DNA of 64,000 nucleotides from Mytilus californianus (lineage: Eukaryota), in assembly GCF_021869535.1 (NCBI RefSeq), contig NW_026262581.1, forward strand, positions 54,932,001-54,996,000. The letters are read 5' to 3'. Position 1 is the first letter of the stretch, and each line of letters begins with the position of its first letter. The position numbers were made by a program, and so were the translations under genes. Positions 47,237-61,896 of the stretch are shown here, one piece after another. The notes below the pieces were generated by a model. That model saw only the letters and a list, made by a program, of their open reading frames with translations. It ran no database searches and had not been told where the DNA came from.

Positions 47237-47837
47237 AATTAAGATAAGATTATTTTTTTCCCCATCATTAATGAAATTGAAATAGTGAAATAATAATTTG
47301 CTTTTAGCAGCCAATTTGGTTCAATTTTGTCAAAATAAGTTAAGAAACATCGCTGATGAATTATTCACTTGAAGTTTACGCTTGTACTGGGCATGTTAAA
47401 TTGGAAAGAATGTCAACATTGAAAATGAAACATTTAGTGGACTGATTCGATCCACAAAAACTCATTCTTGTACAGGTAAAAGCTATGGTTATCATATTTT
47501 TTGAACCTATAAGAAATCAAACAGACCTAGAAAAATCCAATTGCATGTGTTCGCTATCTATTTATATCTAGATCTATATTTATGTTTATATTGGGTAATA
47601 TGACAGTCGGCAGTCTTTGGAGGTCACCTTGATTGCTAATTAGATGACGTCTAGACTAAAATACACACGAAATGCTGATACATATAATCAAGTCAATGCA
47701 TCATAAATTGTTGATTTTAGACTTTTTATTATTTGGATATATTGCAGGTATGGCAAAAAAATGCAATAGCCAAAATTAGACACAATTCATGGTTAACAAT
47801 TGTTCAAAGAATAAACAACAGAAAACATTATTATATA

Positions 47838-47843
47838 TTTATT
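47838..47843 (-). other. Candidate polyadenylation signal of the RhoGEF
   Basis: AATAAA on the minus strand about 0.9 kb past the stop. Confidence 0.3.
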
Positions 47844-48735
47844 GTTGTATATACATTATTGTACATGTTTATATTTACATATCATATATAGCAACCTTTC
47901 ATTTTAAACAACTTAGACATGTAATTTATAAATTTGTAATGTTCAATATATTTCTCTTGACTTAGAATTTTGAAATTTTGTACAGAAACATGCTTGAATT
48001 TTTAGCAAATAAAGTTGAAATATACATCCTGTATGATTTGCTTGAATTAACTTTTTTTTAAGTTGTAATTTTAATGAACAGTCATTGTTTTCATATCTTC
48101 ATTACATACAAAATATTAGAGAATTTTTTTTTACAGATATTGTTGTATTTCTTTTAAGTCTTGTCTATCTTTTTAAATCATTGCTATTTAACATCACACT
48201 CCTATGGCACTAAATTATAACAAAACAATGGTTAAAAAATATAACAAAATGGAATAATTATCATAGGAACACACATTAATGATTTTTACAGGACTTAAAA
48301 CTTACATGGTAGATGATGACATGAAATAGAGCACCTTTAAAGGGCTTGTCAATAATCAAACTGTACACTGTATTCTCATGAGGTAGCATACATTAAAAAT
48401 GCTGATTTAAAAAAAATACATCTCAAAATACTTATTCCCTAAAAACTTAAAATTCAAAACAAAACATACTATGTTCTAAAAAACCTTTAAAAAAATCCTA
48501 AACAAAATTCTTAACAACCCAATAAAATGACCAGTTTAACTGGACCTGTATTAAGGCAGACTTTTTTCCACAACTTAAAAGATTTTTTTCTTTAACATTT
48601 TATCTACATGACTATAAGTTTGACTCAATATAATTTTAACAATCATTAACATATTTATGTAAAACAATACATTAACAAAGAGTTATGAGTATTATATAGC
48701 ACTAGGATATGTCCATTGAAAGACTTGTTGAACGA

Positions 48736-51700
48736 CTAAGTTCCCTTCTTGGTCTCTTTTGACTTTTCTACACCAGGTGCCTTTAACTTGTCTTTACTTT
48801 CACCAATCTTTACAGCTTCAGAGGAAACAATATGGACCAATTTCTGAAAGCAGATTAACCACTGTCTTTTGTCATGCTCGTCAGCTGCTATCAATGTGTG
48901 TGACTGGCCTTTATCTTGTTCGCTGAATGACACTCGGAAGACATTTTTTACTGTAAAAAAAAGAAATAAAATTTAAACATAAAATTTTTTACAACTTTCT
49001 TAATGAAGTGTTCTCAATTGTAATTTCCTGGTGTCTCATAGCAAGAGTAAGCCTTAACTTACATAAGGCAATACAAAAAAAGTTTATTCAATTGTCAGAA
49101 AAAAATATAAATCTGAAATCTGACATTTGACCATTCAATTTCACATTTTGTTGTCTTGGGCCTTTTATAGCTTACTATACAGTATTTGGTATGCTAATTG
49201 TCAAAGGCCATTCAGTGACCTTCCCTTGTTTACATTACATCCTTTGGTCTTTTTGTAAAAGTTGTCTCGAAGGCAATCAAACCACATGTTGTTCGCTGGG
49301 GAGGTCTTTTGCTTTTGTGGTTTTAACAATGATTTTCCTCATTTTTATTTTGATTCATGAGAGTATTTATCCCTTGTATTTCTCTAATTTTAGCAGTACA
49401 TGACTTATCAAACTGATTAACAAATAAAGGTAACCTGTTAAGTAAATTTTTTAAACTTAAGTTCTGGTGAAAATCACAGATACTTTGCTTTACTGCAAAT
49501 TCAGAAATTTTTGTCAACTTTCATCATTGTGAAAATTGCATTTAGGTTATAAGAAACAAAAATTTCATTATAAATTATAATGGCATTATTGGAACGAAGC
49601 CTTTCCTGAAATCATAATAGCTAATCCAAATTTGTGTTCCTTGCTCAAAAATCACAATAAATCGAAAGTGAAAATTTCTGAATTTACAAAATATAAATTT
49701 GACAAAATCATTCAAAGAAAAGTCAAGATAACAGTTAATGTCTTACCTGTTTGTCCAGATCCAAAAGCACTCCTGAATGAACCCATCTTGACTTCCCCAT
49801 CTTTCAGGTCAGTAACAACCAGTTGGTCTACAGGGATAGGCTGTCTGTACACTTGGAAAGTCTGTTGTCCACTCTGGCTATTGAGTCTTGTCACCACCAA
49901 CACCTCATCAAACAGGAAAACATGTAGTTTCTGTAAAAATAAATATAAAGAATACATTATTCTGAATAATAGGTAAGACACATGTAATCACAAACACTTA
50001 AAATTCATGAACCATGAGTCAGGTGAACCCTGTCTGATAGACATGTATACCTTGCAATGATTCTATATACCATATATTCCCTTATATTTGTAACAACTGA
50101 AAAAAATTATGCGATTAATCAAAAAAAATATATAAATGTTTTTTAGGCAGTCACTGAACATATGCCAGATAAAATCATCAGACAATAAGGCATTTTCGAC
50201 CTTAAAAAGCTTTTACAATTTTTTTATGCCATCATATTATTTTCTCTATGCTTTGCATTCTGCAATGAATATCTGTGACATTTCATACATAAATTTTGAT
50301 GATTTAAAATTAAACATATAGTAAAGACACCTTATTATTGTTGAAGACTGTACAATACTCTCTAGATGTCTTCTTGGTATTTCTGTTGTTAGGGTTGCTG
50401 TATATTTGCTGTGTACCCCACATCTCATTTTATTTATTATTTATATAACATACTCTATCTTTTATTCAATGATAACAAAAAAAACATAATTATCTTTAAT
50501 AGCAAAATCTACTTACACTGCCTTTGTTATTCTTCAGTGAACCACTACACACCAAAGTTGTAGAATCTTCTAATGACTGGCATGTCTGAAACACACAAAG
50601 TATTGTTATACATAGATGTTTTTCCATACAAATAATATATTTTAACCTGATTATAAATGTTCAACTGTCCTCAATATGAATTAAAAAAAAGATCTGAAAT
50701 TACTCAATTTAGACAACTTAAAAGCACAAATATTCCTAATAAGCAGAAATGTATAAAATTATATTTTTTTATTCAATCATAATTGGTGTTTACATTCAGT
50801 AAAGATGTTCTTGTTCTTCAGCAATATGTTGAATTATTTCAAGATGGAATAATTGTATTCATTACTACCTGAAGCATTCAAATGTAAATTTTTGTTAATT
50901 TTTTTTATCCATGACTACTTTTGGTATTTTTATAAAATTTTAACTATTATCAACTGACACAATGACTGAGGAGACCCCATCCCTTCCCAAAAAAGAAAAT
51001 TAAAAAAAAAAGAAAAGTAAAAGAATTTTCTTTGATGTAACATGAATAAAACAGAAAAAGTTTTGTCAAGAGTATTTTGACAACAAAATTACATATATTA
51101 ATAAATATTTGTTATTCATCTAACAATATATTTGTTGATTTCTTTTTACAAGAATCTGTTACAAAAAATATATAAAACTTTAATCATTGTTACCTCTTCT
51201 TCATAAATGAAGTTGATCTTGGCTCTGAAGTAGTTACACTTGGCTTTACCCATCTCTCTGTCAGCTTCAGCAATCACATTCTCTGCCAACTTGATCTGCA
51301 ATATAAATTAAATTATAAAATAAAATTTCAAGTATTGAAATCTAATTTAACTTTATATTCATACATGATTTAAACAATTGAATTTTAAGATTATATACCT
51401 TGTTTAAAACACTCGTTTTTTACTTTGTTGTTTTTAAGGGAGGTTAATGTTATCATCTGACAGCATTTCCAAATTTGAAAACTTTACATGTGTTAAATAT
51501 TCAAGAAATTCTGATTTACAGTGAATTTGACCCTAGTAAACAAAATTCTATGAGAGTGTAAAATAGCAAGCTGCTGGGATGGACTTTTTCATTTCCACAA
51601 GAATTTTCAATAATGACAAACATGCACTTAAAGGTAACTACTTGAAAAATTTCAAATATCATATTCATTTTTTTGTGTTTAGTTTAAAATACATATATAA

Positions 51701-54700
51701 AGCAAGAAGACTTTACATCAGGTTTATGTAAATCATTGAATGGCATAGATCTTAAGACTGTCAAACTTTTAAAAACTCTCTCTCCCGAAAAATCATTATT
51801 ATAATAAAACCTCATAACAAGAAGTCAAGCAATTTATATGTTCAACTTACAGCTTCTGCCAAATTCTTATTGTCTTCCTCATCTAGAACAGATACCTGTA
51901 AAAATAAATATATTACTTTAAATGACATTTTAATAATTGATAGTGACAAGATAATATTTAATTTAAGATTTACAATTATTTTCAAATCCATCTATCATTG
52001 TTAATATTGTGTTTATAAGATTTAATATGTATACTTGTCATTGGTTCATGTCTGTCATATTTGTTTTTTCATAAATTGTTTTGTAATAAATTAGGGCGTT
52101 AGTTTTCACAATTGAATTGTTTCATATTTTTCATGTCGGGGCCTTTTATAGCCGACTATACGGTATGGGTTTTTCTCATTGTTGAAGGCCGTACGGTTGT
52201 CTATAATTGCTTAAATCACTTCATTTGAACTCGGGGAGAGTTGTCTCATTGGCAATCATACCACCTCTCCTTATCTTTATATTGAATATTATGAAAACAA
52301 TTGGTAAAATCAATGTTTTTCAAAAGTAAAAATATACAAGTAGCATTTTTCTAAATAATCATATATATGAAAGTTTTTATCCATAGACTTTATTTCAACT
52401 GTCAGAGCAAGTTTAATCAAAACCAAAAAATTATCAACATCAAAATGTTTTGAATTTATTTAATACACAATATTTAGTTTGAGGTGATAAGATATACTAT
52501 TTGAACACTTACATATTTCTGGATAGTCTTCATCAGAAGTGGATACTTGACAAATTTTCCTCTAGCACCATCTGTAAAACAAGAATTGTTCTGTTAGTAT
52601 ATAACAAATATTACTACAGAAACGAAATAAAGGCACACACTCAGATTGCTGCCAAAAATCAGATTTCTCAATCTCCAAAAAAAAGGATAATATTTCAGTG
52701 TATAATTAAAAACAAAAAATGGTTTCAAAGTTAGGCAGAATACAATTTTTCTTCAAGGAGAGAGACTTGGTCAACAAGAAGGAGTGACAGTTTCACATAT
52801 TTTCAATTAAGGAAGCCCTTATTCGTTCATCTAGAATTAAAAATCATTTTTCAAATTATAAGTACAAATTCTAGGTTTTATCTTTGTCCTTATAATCAAT
52901 TAAATACATTTTGCTTCTAAAATTTCTCAGAACATAATCCGTACCTGCCACAATCAACAAATTCTATTTCTGTAGACAATTACAACATAAAAACACATTT
53001 GTGTAACATTGAAATTAAAAATTGGTTAGGAAATTCAGTCAGGAAAAAAAGTAGGTCATTAAAAATATTCAATATGAAAAATAATTCCAACAAAAAATGA
53101 ACAGATTTGTCTTTTTAAACAATTTGAACAAATATGATGGTTTTTTATTCATGAGATTATATTTTTAACTGTTTTGGTTACATCAGTGAAAATCTGTTGA
53201 ATGCAGATGAACATAATAGTGTGTCCATCAAATATAAGCTGATATATTTTGAGATTTATTATTTGTGAGAAAAGTCTGAAACTTATAAATTATCAAACCA
53301 ACTATAGATATTTCTTTTGTTAAAAGTCTAATACAATATATTTTCAACTGAATACCTATATAATTCTTACAAAAAATTTCCAGGGAAAATGATTGAAAGG
53401 CTTTTTAAGCTTTTATAGTGTAGATCATACATTGTAATTAAAAATATATTCTTTTTCTAAATTACAAAATTCCATTTAAAATGTATACAGAGTCCCTGCC
53501 AATCCTTTGATAAAGCTTTTCAAACAATAGTCCAATTAATATTGATTGAATGCTTGATTGTTGGTTGCTTTTTATCCAGTGGCAAATATTTCATGCATGT
53601 TTCGGGATGAGAACAAATTAACAATAAAACAATAGGTAGGTCTTGCAATAGAGAACATTCCGGATGATGGTCCTGGACATTTTGACTGCCACTGGAAAAT
53701 AACGGTATATTGGACAAGGACAGAAATTTAGCTTGGCAACAGATCACCTACAGACCCCTTAAAGAGTTGGTTCTTATTGTGCACAGAACATGATTTAATT
53801 TTGAAATTAAGAATTTATTTCAAATAAGACAATTTACCTAGTAAGGTCCACAGGTCAAGTTTCCTGCTGAATGGAGAGTCTTGACACCTTTGTAAGAAAT
53901 CTTCTACTGCTTCGTCGTTCTTCTTCTCATCTAACAAGGCTTTCCCAAACACTTGATTGGCACAGAAGGATATATAGTGATGCAAATTAGGAACCTGTAA
54001 ACAATATCAAAATAATGAATATTTTTCATATTCTTCAAACAAACGACCGTGCAAGACCTTCATGAGTATTCAAGGTCGTTTAAGATGCCTGTTCTTTGCT
54101 TACAATTAGGTGACTTCTACGTGTCAATTGTGGGTTAGTTGACATTTACTTCATACATGTAACTCTCGTTATGACTATTATATTTCTTATAAATACACTG
54201 GTATTTTTTTTTCATATTTTGTGGTCAGTAATTATATATTTTATGCATTCTTTCAAATGTCATTTAACTAATTAGTTTTATATAAACTTCTTAAAAAAAA
54301 AGGAAATTTGTCCATTTTTACATTGGTACCTAAATGAATAAACTGTATTAAATAATTCTATGGTACAATTCTTATAATTAAACACTGATATAACAAAGCT
54401 TGCTGTTTAATAGCATAAATTTACTAGCATGCAAATACCAAATTTCTTGTTAAATTCGTTAATCGATTGCCTCTCTCTTTTAGTTTAATCTTATGGTAAT
54501 CTAACTTTCAGTTTAATCTTATGGTAATCTATCTTTCAGTTTAATTTTATGGTAATCTATCTTTAAGTTTTTAAAACTTACCCATTCTTTTAAGAGCTCA
54601 CCAACACACTGTGTAGTACCATCTGGTAACCTCTGGTTCTGGAGTCTGTTACACAAGTCTGAAAAATCACAAATACATACAATACTCCTATAAATTTTCT

Positions 54701-57700
54701 TCAAATTGAAGATATAAAGCAAGTCATGACACTAAAACTTTGATAAAAAACACAGGTTACTTATGTTTACAGAATATAGTTAATTGTGTCATCATGTACT
54801 GAAACTGTCCAGTTTATTGGCACTAGAGTATCAAACAGTCTGTTTATCAACTGATAATATTGTTTTTTTTCGCCCTTAAAAAGTGGATGTATTCACCTTT
54901 TCTCTTTCTTTACCCTTCCAGTAATACATATATCAAAATCAAGGTACCCTTTCTGAAGCATACCCTCAAGATAAGTATTTTTTTGCAGTATGGTAACTAA
55001 CTCATGCTGTTTTCTTTGGGTTGATGTCTAACTGACATTTACCCAACATCCATCTCACTTAATCATAATAACCGGTATAAACCAACCTTCATGTATTGGA
55101 ATCAGCTCATCAATGGGACCAAATATCTGCTTCAGTTCACCATCTGACAACAACTGTAGCTTCTTCAAGGAATCATGATAAGTCTGTTATAAATAAAACT
55201 GTTATTAATCATAGAACAAAAGGCATATTTCATAGAAACTGACAAAATGCAATAGTTAAACTTTTGATATGTGTTGAAGGCCTCACTCTGACTTTGGGAT
55301 TGTTTTTATTATAAATGATCTAATTGGTATTCATAAATATCTCCTAATAAGTTTTGAACTCTTTAATGTAATACAATAAATTCAATAAAACTTAAAACTA
55401 AAAAGAATTATATTGTGTCCTGTTCTGCTTTCTAATTACATAACATGAAAACTTTAATTGCATGTCATCTGTGATGTAATCTTACCTTTTTAACAATGTT
55501 GAGGTCCTCTACCAGATCATTTTCACTTTGATATAGCTCGTAAATTGCCTGAAAGGAAGAAAATGTTTAAATGATAACATTGCCATTATTGTTCTCTTGG
55601 TCTTATTTAGAAAAAAGTATTCACCATATATATTAAAATCTTTTATCAATATATTTTATTTTTACATGTTCCCAATTAAATTACTCTCTGTATTTAGAAA
55701 ACACACTGGGTAAAGTTCATAAAGGACAAATTGTATCATCAGTCTACCTTAGATTTCATAAATTCTTTCTGTTCTCCCTGGATATTTTTTGTTAAATTTA
55801 AATTTTCATTTTATATTTTCAAATATTTTTAGTTGCTGCTAGTTTGAATAACCATCTGTAAAAATGCAGTTAAACAGCTCAATACAATAAGAACAAGAAA
55901 GAAAGTACAAACAAAATTAAATACTGATTTCTATATAAGCATCTGTTATTTTTTATGCAACTGACATTAAAATATTACGTGATGTCATTAGCACCAAGGA
56001 AAAGCTAGAAACATCTTCCAGATTAATCATGATATTTCATTGCTTAATAAAACTTGGTAGGTAATTAACAAATCTCTTTAATTCTTACCTCTTGTCTTTT
56101 GATGTCTCTGTGACTAAGTTCTGTTGGAAGGTTGCCGACAGTTGTACAAATCATGTCACTCCAGGTCCGACTAAGTCTTCTTTTCGCCGGGGAAGGTTGA
56201 GGTGCTTTGTAGGGAGTAACATTGACCTTGTTTGCTGGTGATGGTGGAACCTTGAAACTGATGGAACGCTGGTAAAAGTAAAATATCAAAGTTATCACTA
56301 ATTAGAAATGTATAAGATTTGGACGAGCCATTGTTAAAACAATATTATTGCATATAAGTTATGAAAATGAACATCAAGCATAAACTATTGGTTTAGTCAA
56401 TAAAGATTCCAGAACTTTGTAGTACTATCAAAAACTCTCAGACTGTGTTGTTGATGTATGAAGAATCAGTAAAAAAACACAAAAGGAACCAGAGAAACTG
56501 ATCCCTCCAAGGTTCTCAAAATTACTCAAGTATTTATTTGTAGGTCATATTGACCTTGATTAAATAGACATGTTTTGTACTTTACCCACAACCAATTTTT
56601 GAATACTACATTTGAATATGTGTAAAACATCGTTAAAGAGACAGGTCAATCTTTTTATGTAATTTGAAAGGATTTTTCAAGAGTATGCCCCATGGATATT
56701 ACATTTTACATATTTTACATATTAGGTTACATTCATTTAAAATAATCTGTTTCAAAAACACACACACAAAAAAAGATTTTCAACTAAAGACCATTTGGAA
56801 TAGCATAATTCTAATATTTCAACATTTTGATACAAAAACACAACAAATGATTTCAATTTCAATGAACTTTAATGCAAACAAAAACATATATTTTCAGGTG
56901 GGTTTTGCACTAAACCAAGAAACAAACAGTGATGTTAAATTAATAAAATTTCTCAAATGACTATTGTTTTCTATGACTTAATCCTCAAGTGTTTATGTTC
57001 AACTCTAAAGTTTACTTCAATACAAAGAGAAACGAGAATAACAAACTATAAAAAGTAGGTATACAAAGCATGTTTTTTTAAGAAAGTGTTGGCTTTAAAT
57101 AAATGTTTACAGAAGTAAAGCCGACAAAAGAAAACAGTCTCTTATGCTTATGTCATTTCTGTATAATTAAAAGTCAATATTTGGAGTAAAAGTTGCTTTA
57201 TCACATGTTTATGAATCATGCTTGATGAGATTCAACAGTTTCTATGATTATACACAGGGGTATGGTATGTACAAATGGCTACATCAAATATATCTCTAAA
57301 ACAGATGCTTTGTTCTCAAGTGTTCACAAACACACACTAAAGCTGCACTCGAACATATAAATCTTGAGGTTTATGACTTCACTTAAATATCTATAGCAAA
57401 AAATTACATCACTTCTCAAGTAGAAGTCCAATGACAACTTTCAGTTGTTAACTTCTGACATTTGGTCTTTAGTGAAGACATGTCTCCTTGAAAATAATAC
57501 CACATTATCTTATTTTCTTCAAAATTTACGGTCAAAAGGCTTGACCCATCATTTTGAGAATTTATTTTTGGGTCTATGGATGACCCTGCTGACTGCTGTT
57601 AATTTCTTAAAACACTTAAAATCTAAGCAAGTTATAGTGTACCAATTAAGCACTGATGTTATTTTTATCAAAATCGTTCTGACTCTTTATGGGAATATAT

Positions 57701-60700
57701 AGATAGTTTTCATTGGATGTAATTTGCGTTAAAGCTATTTCCCGTTGTTGTCAAAATGGATGGAAATATGCCCAAACTCATTCATATATCAACAAATTTA
57801 ATTTACTATAATGACGCTAGACTTTAGAATAAGTTGAAAAAATATTTCATTAGTTATTGCTACAATCAGGCTTCATTTTCACAAATGTTAACCGTAATAG
57901 TTGCAAAGATCATGAAAAATGCAAAACTTTCAGAAAATAACGGCATTAAAAAATGAAACGTTCGTCAGTATTCTGATACACTATGGTTCACCATTTTACA
58001 CAACTGAGAATTTCTGTCAATTAAGTAACTACAATAAATCAACAATCATTTTATTTCAGGAATTAAGCATTATGACTACCTTGAACCTTCCAAATAAACT
58101 GTTTTAGTCTGAGAAAATAATACATTTTGATATGCAAGCACAATGAGTGTTAACTTAGAGCAGAATTGAAGAAAAAAATCTGACTAGCTGCTAATGTATT
58201 TTAAATTTCTTACATAATTTGCCTCCTGAAATTTATACAGAATGTTGATCACACAATATTATTATGTAATTCATTTTTAAAAACAATATCTTTATAATTA
58301 CCAAATTATAAAATCGTGTGGCTTTGATTATCAATTTTTTATTGTTATTTGCACTCTTAACAGGTTAAAAATAAATATCCGCAACAAAAATATACTCTGA
58401 AGGTCATTACCCTAAAAGTGATTCAAATTGACTAGATATATTACCTACCAGTAGTTACATGTTACATATCTTATGCCAAGGGGTGTTTATCATTCAAACT
58501 TCTCCATGGGAAAGATATTCAATAGTATAGTTGTTTTTCAACCAAAAATAACTTTAAATTATCACATTATGTCTAAACTACAAAATTTTGATCAACTTCA
58601 TTATTTTAACTCAATGAAATAATCTTGAATTCAGCCAATTATTATTTTGTAAGTTACAGAGAAACTGATTCTTAAAATTATGTTTTCTATGTCTTATCAT
58701 GTTTTTAATTTTACCAAATGTTAAGCCTATTAATTGACCCCGACAACAGTTTAAGCAAGACAGTGACAGGATTTAAAAACATAAATCATTTTACATTAGT
58801 TATTTTTATAGCATTTTTTTTCAACTTCCTCAGTAAAAGTTTAAGCAATAGATTTTGATCTCGTTTGGGCAAAAACATTTTACTACACATTTATTTTGTT
58901 TGAACTCAAGTTGAAGAAAGTAGAAAACCATGATAAAAGATTTACACATAAATTTAATGCAGATATTAATCGATCCATTTTTCCAAAAATTATGGCTATT
59001 CTTTTAATTCTAATCTATATTATTTTAGTTCCACCCTAAACATGTTTTAATCATGACAATATGACATTACTTCCTCTAAACAGATTAGATCAACTAAAAT
59101 GTATTGATAGTTATGTCAACTAAATGAGATAAAAATCAATCAAATAAACTAATTAATCTCACTCATAACCCAGTCTTATTAAAGCTAAAAGACCATGCAT
59201 AAGTTTTTTTCATGTTATCAAATAAAAATCAGCTTACCTGGAATGTTTCTGAACCCTTTTTGGCCGACTTGGAAGGAGAAAGCAGGTTGGCAATTGAAGA
59301 TACCCTCAGTAATGATTTACGACTCTTTTTCTGCAAGACAATAAAACACATGTGAAAATGGTCATTTATCCGTAACTAAGGCTAATTACAAATCTCATAT
59401 GTACAGCCAATCTGATCAGATGAAAGGATAATGATGTTAATAACATGTCATGTTAGCTTTAATCCCCTGGTACTTGGTAAAACAGTTGTTATATATAACA
59501 GTGATGCAGTGCATTTCAGATCAATATCTATTTTATTAATACAGCACCATCAAGAATTTACAAGTATGCAGAGAAAAACCTTAAATATTGATTTGGCATT
59601 TATAATAGCAGTAATACTGCAAACTTATTTATTGATAATCAAAAGTCTGGTGGTCTGAAGATTGATTTGTTACTTTGTGGGTCCCATTCAAGGAAACTGT
59701 GTGTGAATCATTGAGCAACTACTATATGTAGTAAAACAATCATTTGAGAAAGAATTTTAAACTTCTTGGCTATTTATAATGAAATATAAGGATCATTGAT
59801 TATGTAAATAAAGCAATAAAATTCAACATTTAGACAATTAAAAAAAATCTTTAAAATCTTTTTAAAGAGTTGACCCTTATTTGCATGTACTTGAATGTGT
59901 ATGAAATGTTTGCTACAGGATATTTAACAAACAATTATTGTCCATGTTGTCAGCTAATAAATTTCCTATTACAAATTTTTTTACATTTCTAATACAACAA
60001 AGAAATAAAAAAAAAATATATAAGTTAATTAACAATTACCTGGTTAGGATTAAAATCCAATAAACAATATTTTGCACTACAACTTGCTTGAACAACAAAT
60101 TGTTTGCAAAATTGTATTCCTTTTTTTACATCAGCTGTTTCCATAACATATAGGCCCAAAAAACCTTCATATCTTTAACATGACTAAGACATTAAAGAAG
60201 TAAGGAAATTGACATGTAGGTATACATGAGTCACATGTTTTACCTATAAATACAGGTATTTTGATCTTCATACCTACTATCAAAAAGCAATTTGTTTATT
60301 GTTTTCATCTTGTGGGAGGATTATGCCTTTAAATTGATATTTATTCTTTTTGTGTTGATAGGTGCAAACTAATACATTACATAAACAATTAACATCCTTT
60401 ACTTGTTAGAAGAAAACACTTAATAAGTATTACATAACAACTTTTGGCTTTAAACTAGAATTTAACTGTCAGACAAAAAAACGTAATAAGTGTCTGTTCT
60501 GTGTAATTGAAAATATTCCTTCTGACAAACAACAATTAATTAACCATTGAGTCTGCAAGTAACATGTTGTTTTTTAATTAGAAACATATTTATTTATTTA
60601 CAAATGCTACACTTTTTTATCAATGATGTAATAAAATATTATGTTTGTCTTTTCTGTTTACCAAGGTTTTTAACGCCTTGTCATTATCAGTAACAGCTAC

Positions 60701-61896
60701 AAGCATTTCGAAAGTAATCAACTAAAAATTATCATTATAGATTATTGTGTATGATTATTTTTATACATTGAGCATTTTGAGAGTATTTTATTATCACATT
60801 TTTTTTGGTGGGGGGTTACATGATGAAGTTACCCCTTATAATTAAATCACAAGGCTAATATAAAAATCAATGAAAAGGAGATGTAATGACACAATTAATC
60901 CCAAGATGGAGATTCTAATTATATAACATGACAATTTTCATCATTTTACTTATTGTTTCTTTAATTGACTGGTTGGTAATACTTCATAAAATCTTTTATT
61001 CTCACATGTAGCATTGTGCAAATACAGAAATTATTCACATATCTCAACCTAGATAAGACCCTGATTAGGCTGAAAACGACATAGTTTAAATGATAAATTT
61101 CAGATTGATAAAATTCATGAGTTATCTCCCATTGTTCATATCATTTTTACAATAAAATCAGACAATTGAACAAATTAATTACGAAAATGCTAATGAATTA
61201 AGTGTTATCATACCTTGACTGTTACATCTAAACTCTGAACACTTATGGTGTCTTCATCAGCAGTCTTTCTCTTTCTTTTGCGCTGGAAAAAATAATTTAT
61301 CATGTCATCATAATAATCCACACAACCAGTGTTGTTTTCCCAGTATGTTACTTTATAAAACAGGTAGTTGTTGAGTAAATCATTGTTTATATATATAAGT
61401 ATAATTAAGTCTTCTGTTACTGTCATCTTGCTCTAATAATATTGAGCAACATTTATTTATGTGTCATGTTCAATTAATTACAACTAGATTTTGGCACTGA
61501 TATAATCATGATCTTTGACATATAAACATACTTATTCCTATATCCCTACTCTTACCACATTTTCCCCAGTCAAAGTATTATATGCACTTCGAGTTTTCCC
61601 CTTTGATATAAATTGGAACAAAATATAATTAAATACCCATGTTTGGGACTTCCATATCAATTCTTTTTTTTAGTGCCAAAGATGCCAGTAGTTAAAAGTT
61701 TCCCTAGATGGAACAAATTGTTAACTATCAATCAGTTTCATATTGAAATATGCGTAAATATCATATAACTGTATGTTTCCTAGCTTAAAAAATATCAACT
61801 TCTATAGATATACTTACCAGTACAGGAAAGTCAAAGCTGGCTAGACCAATGATAGAGTGTCTTCTAGAACTCTTCACATCTTTAATTTCTGGTATT
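48736..61896 (-). CDS. NET1: Rho guanine nucleotide exchange factor of the NET1/ARHGEF3 family (DH-PH), 14 exons in window, 5' incomplete
   Basis: Exons 61896-61818, 61282-61214 (RKRKRK...DEDTISVQSLDV), 59330-59238 (LLRVSSIANLLSP), 56268-56089 (PAKRR...WSDM...IKRQE), 55548-55486 (AIYELYQSENDLVEDL), 55183-55087, 54658-54582, 53994-53838 (DFLQRCQDSPFSRKLDLW), 52571-52513 (VKYPLL), 51895-51851, 51295-51194, 50585-50517, 49930-49747 (KLHVFLF...YRQPIPV), 48950-48736 (QSHTL...DEHDKRQW, TAG). All GT-AG and phase-consistent. No in-frame ATG in the first exons, so the start lies upstream. Likely co-orthologous to NET1 and ARHGEF3. Confidence 0.93.
54482..54565. repeat. 3 x 28-bp tandem repeat next to a RhoGEF splice donor
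   Basis: AGTTTAATCTTATGGTAATCTAWCTTTC x3. Confidence 0.85.
60040..60144 (-). CDS. Candidate alternative first coding exon of the RhoGEF (NET1A-like isoform)
   Basis: ATG 60144 opens 35 codons (METADVKKGIQFCKQFVVQASCSAKYCLLDFNPNQ) ending CAG|GTAATT in phase 0, compatible with exon 59330. Confidence 0.5.
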
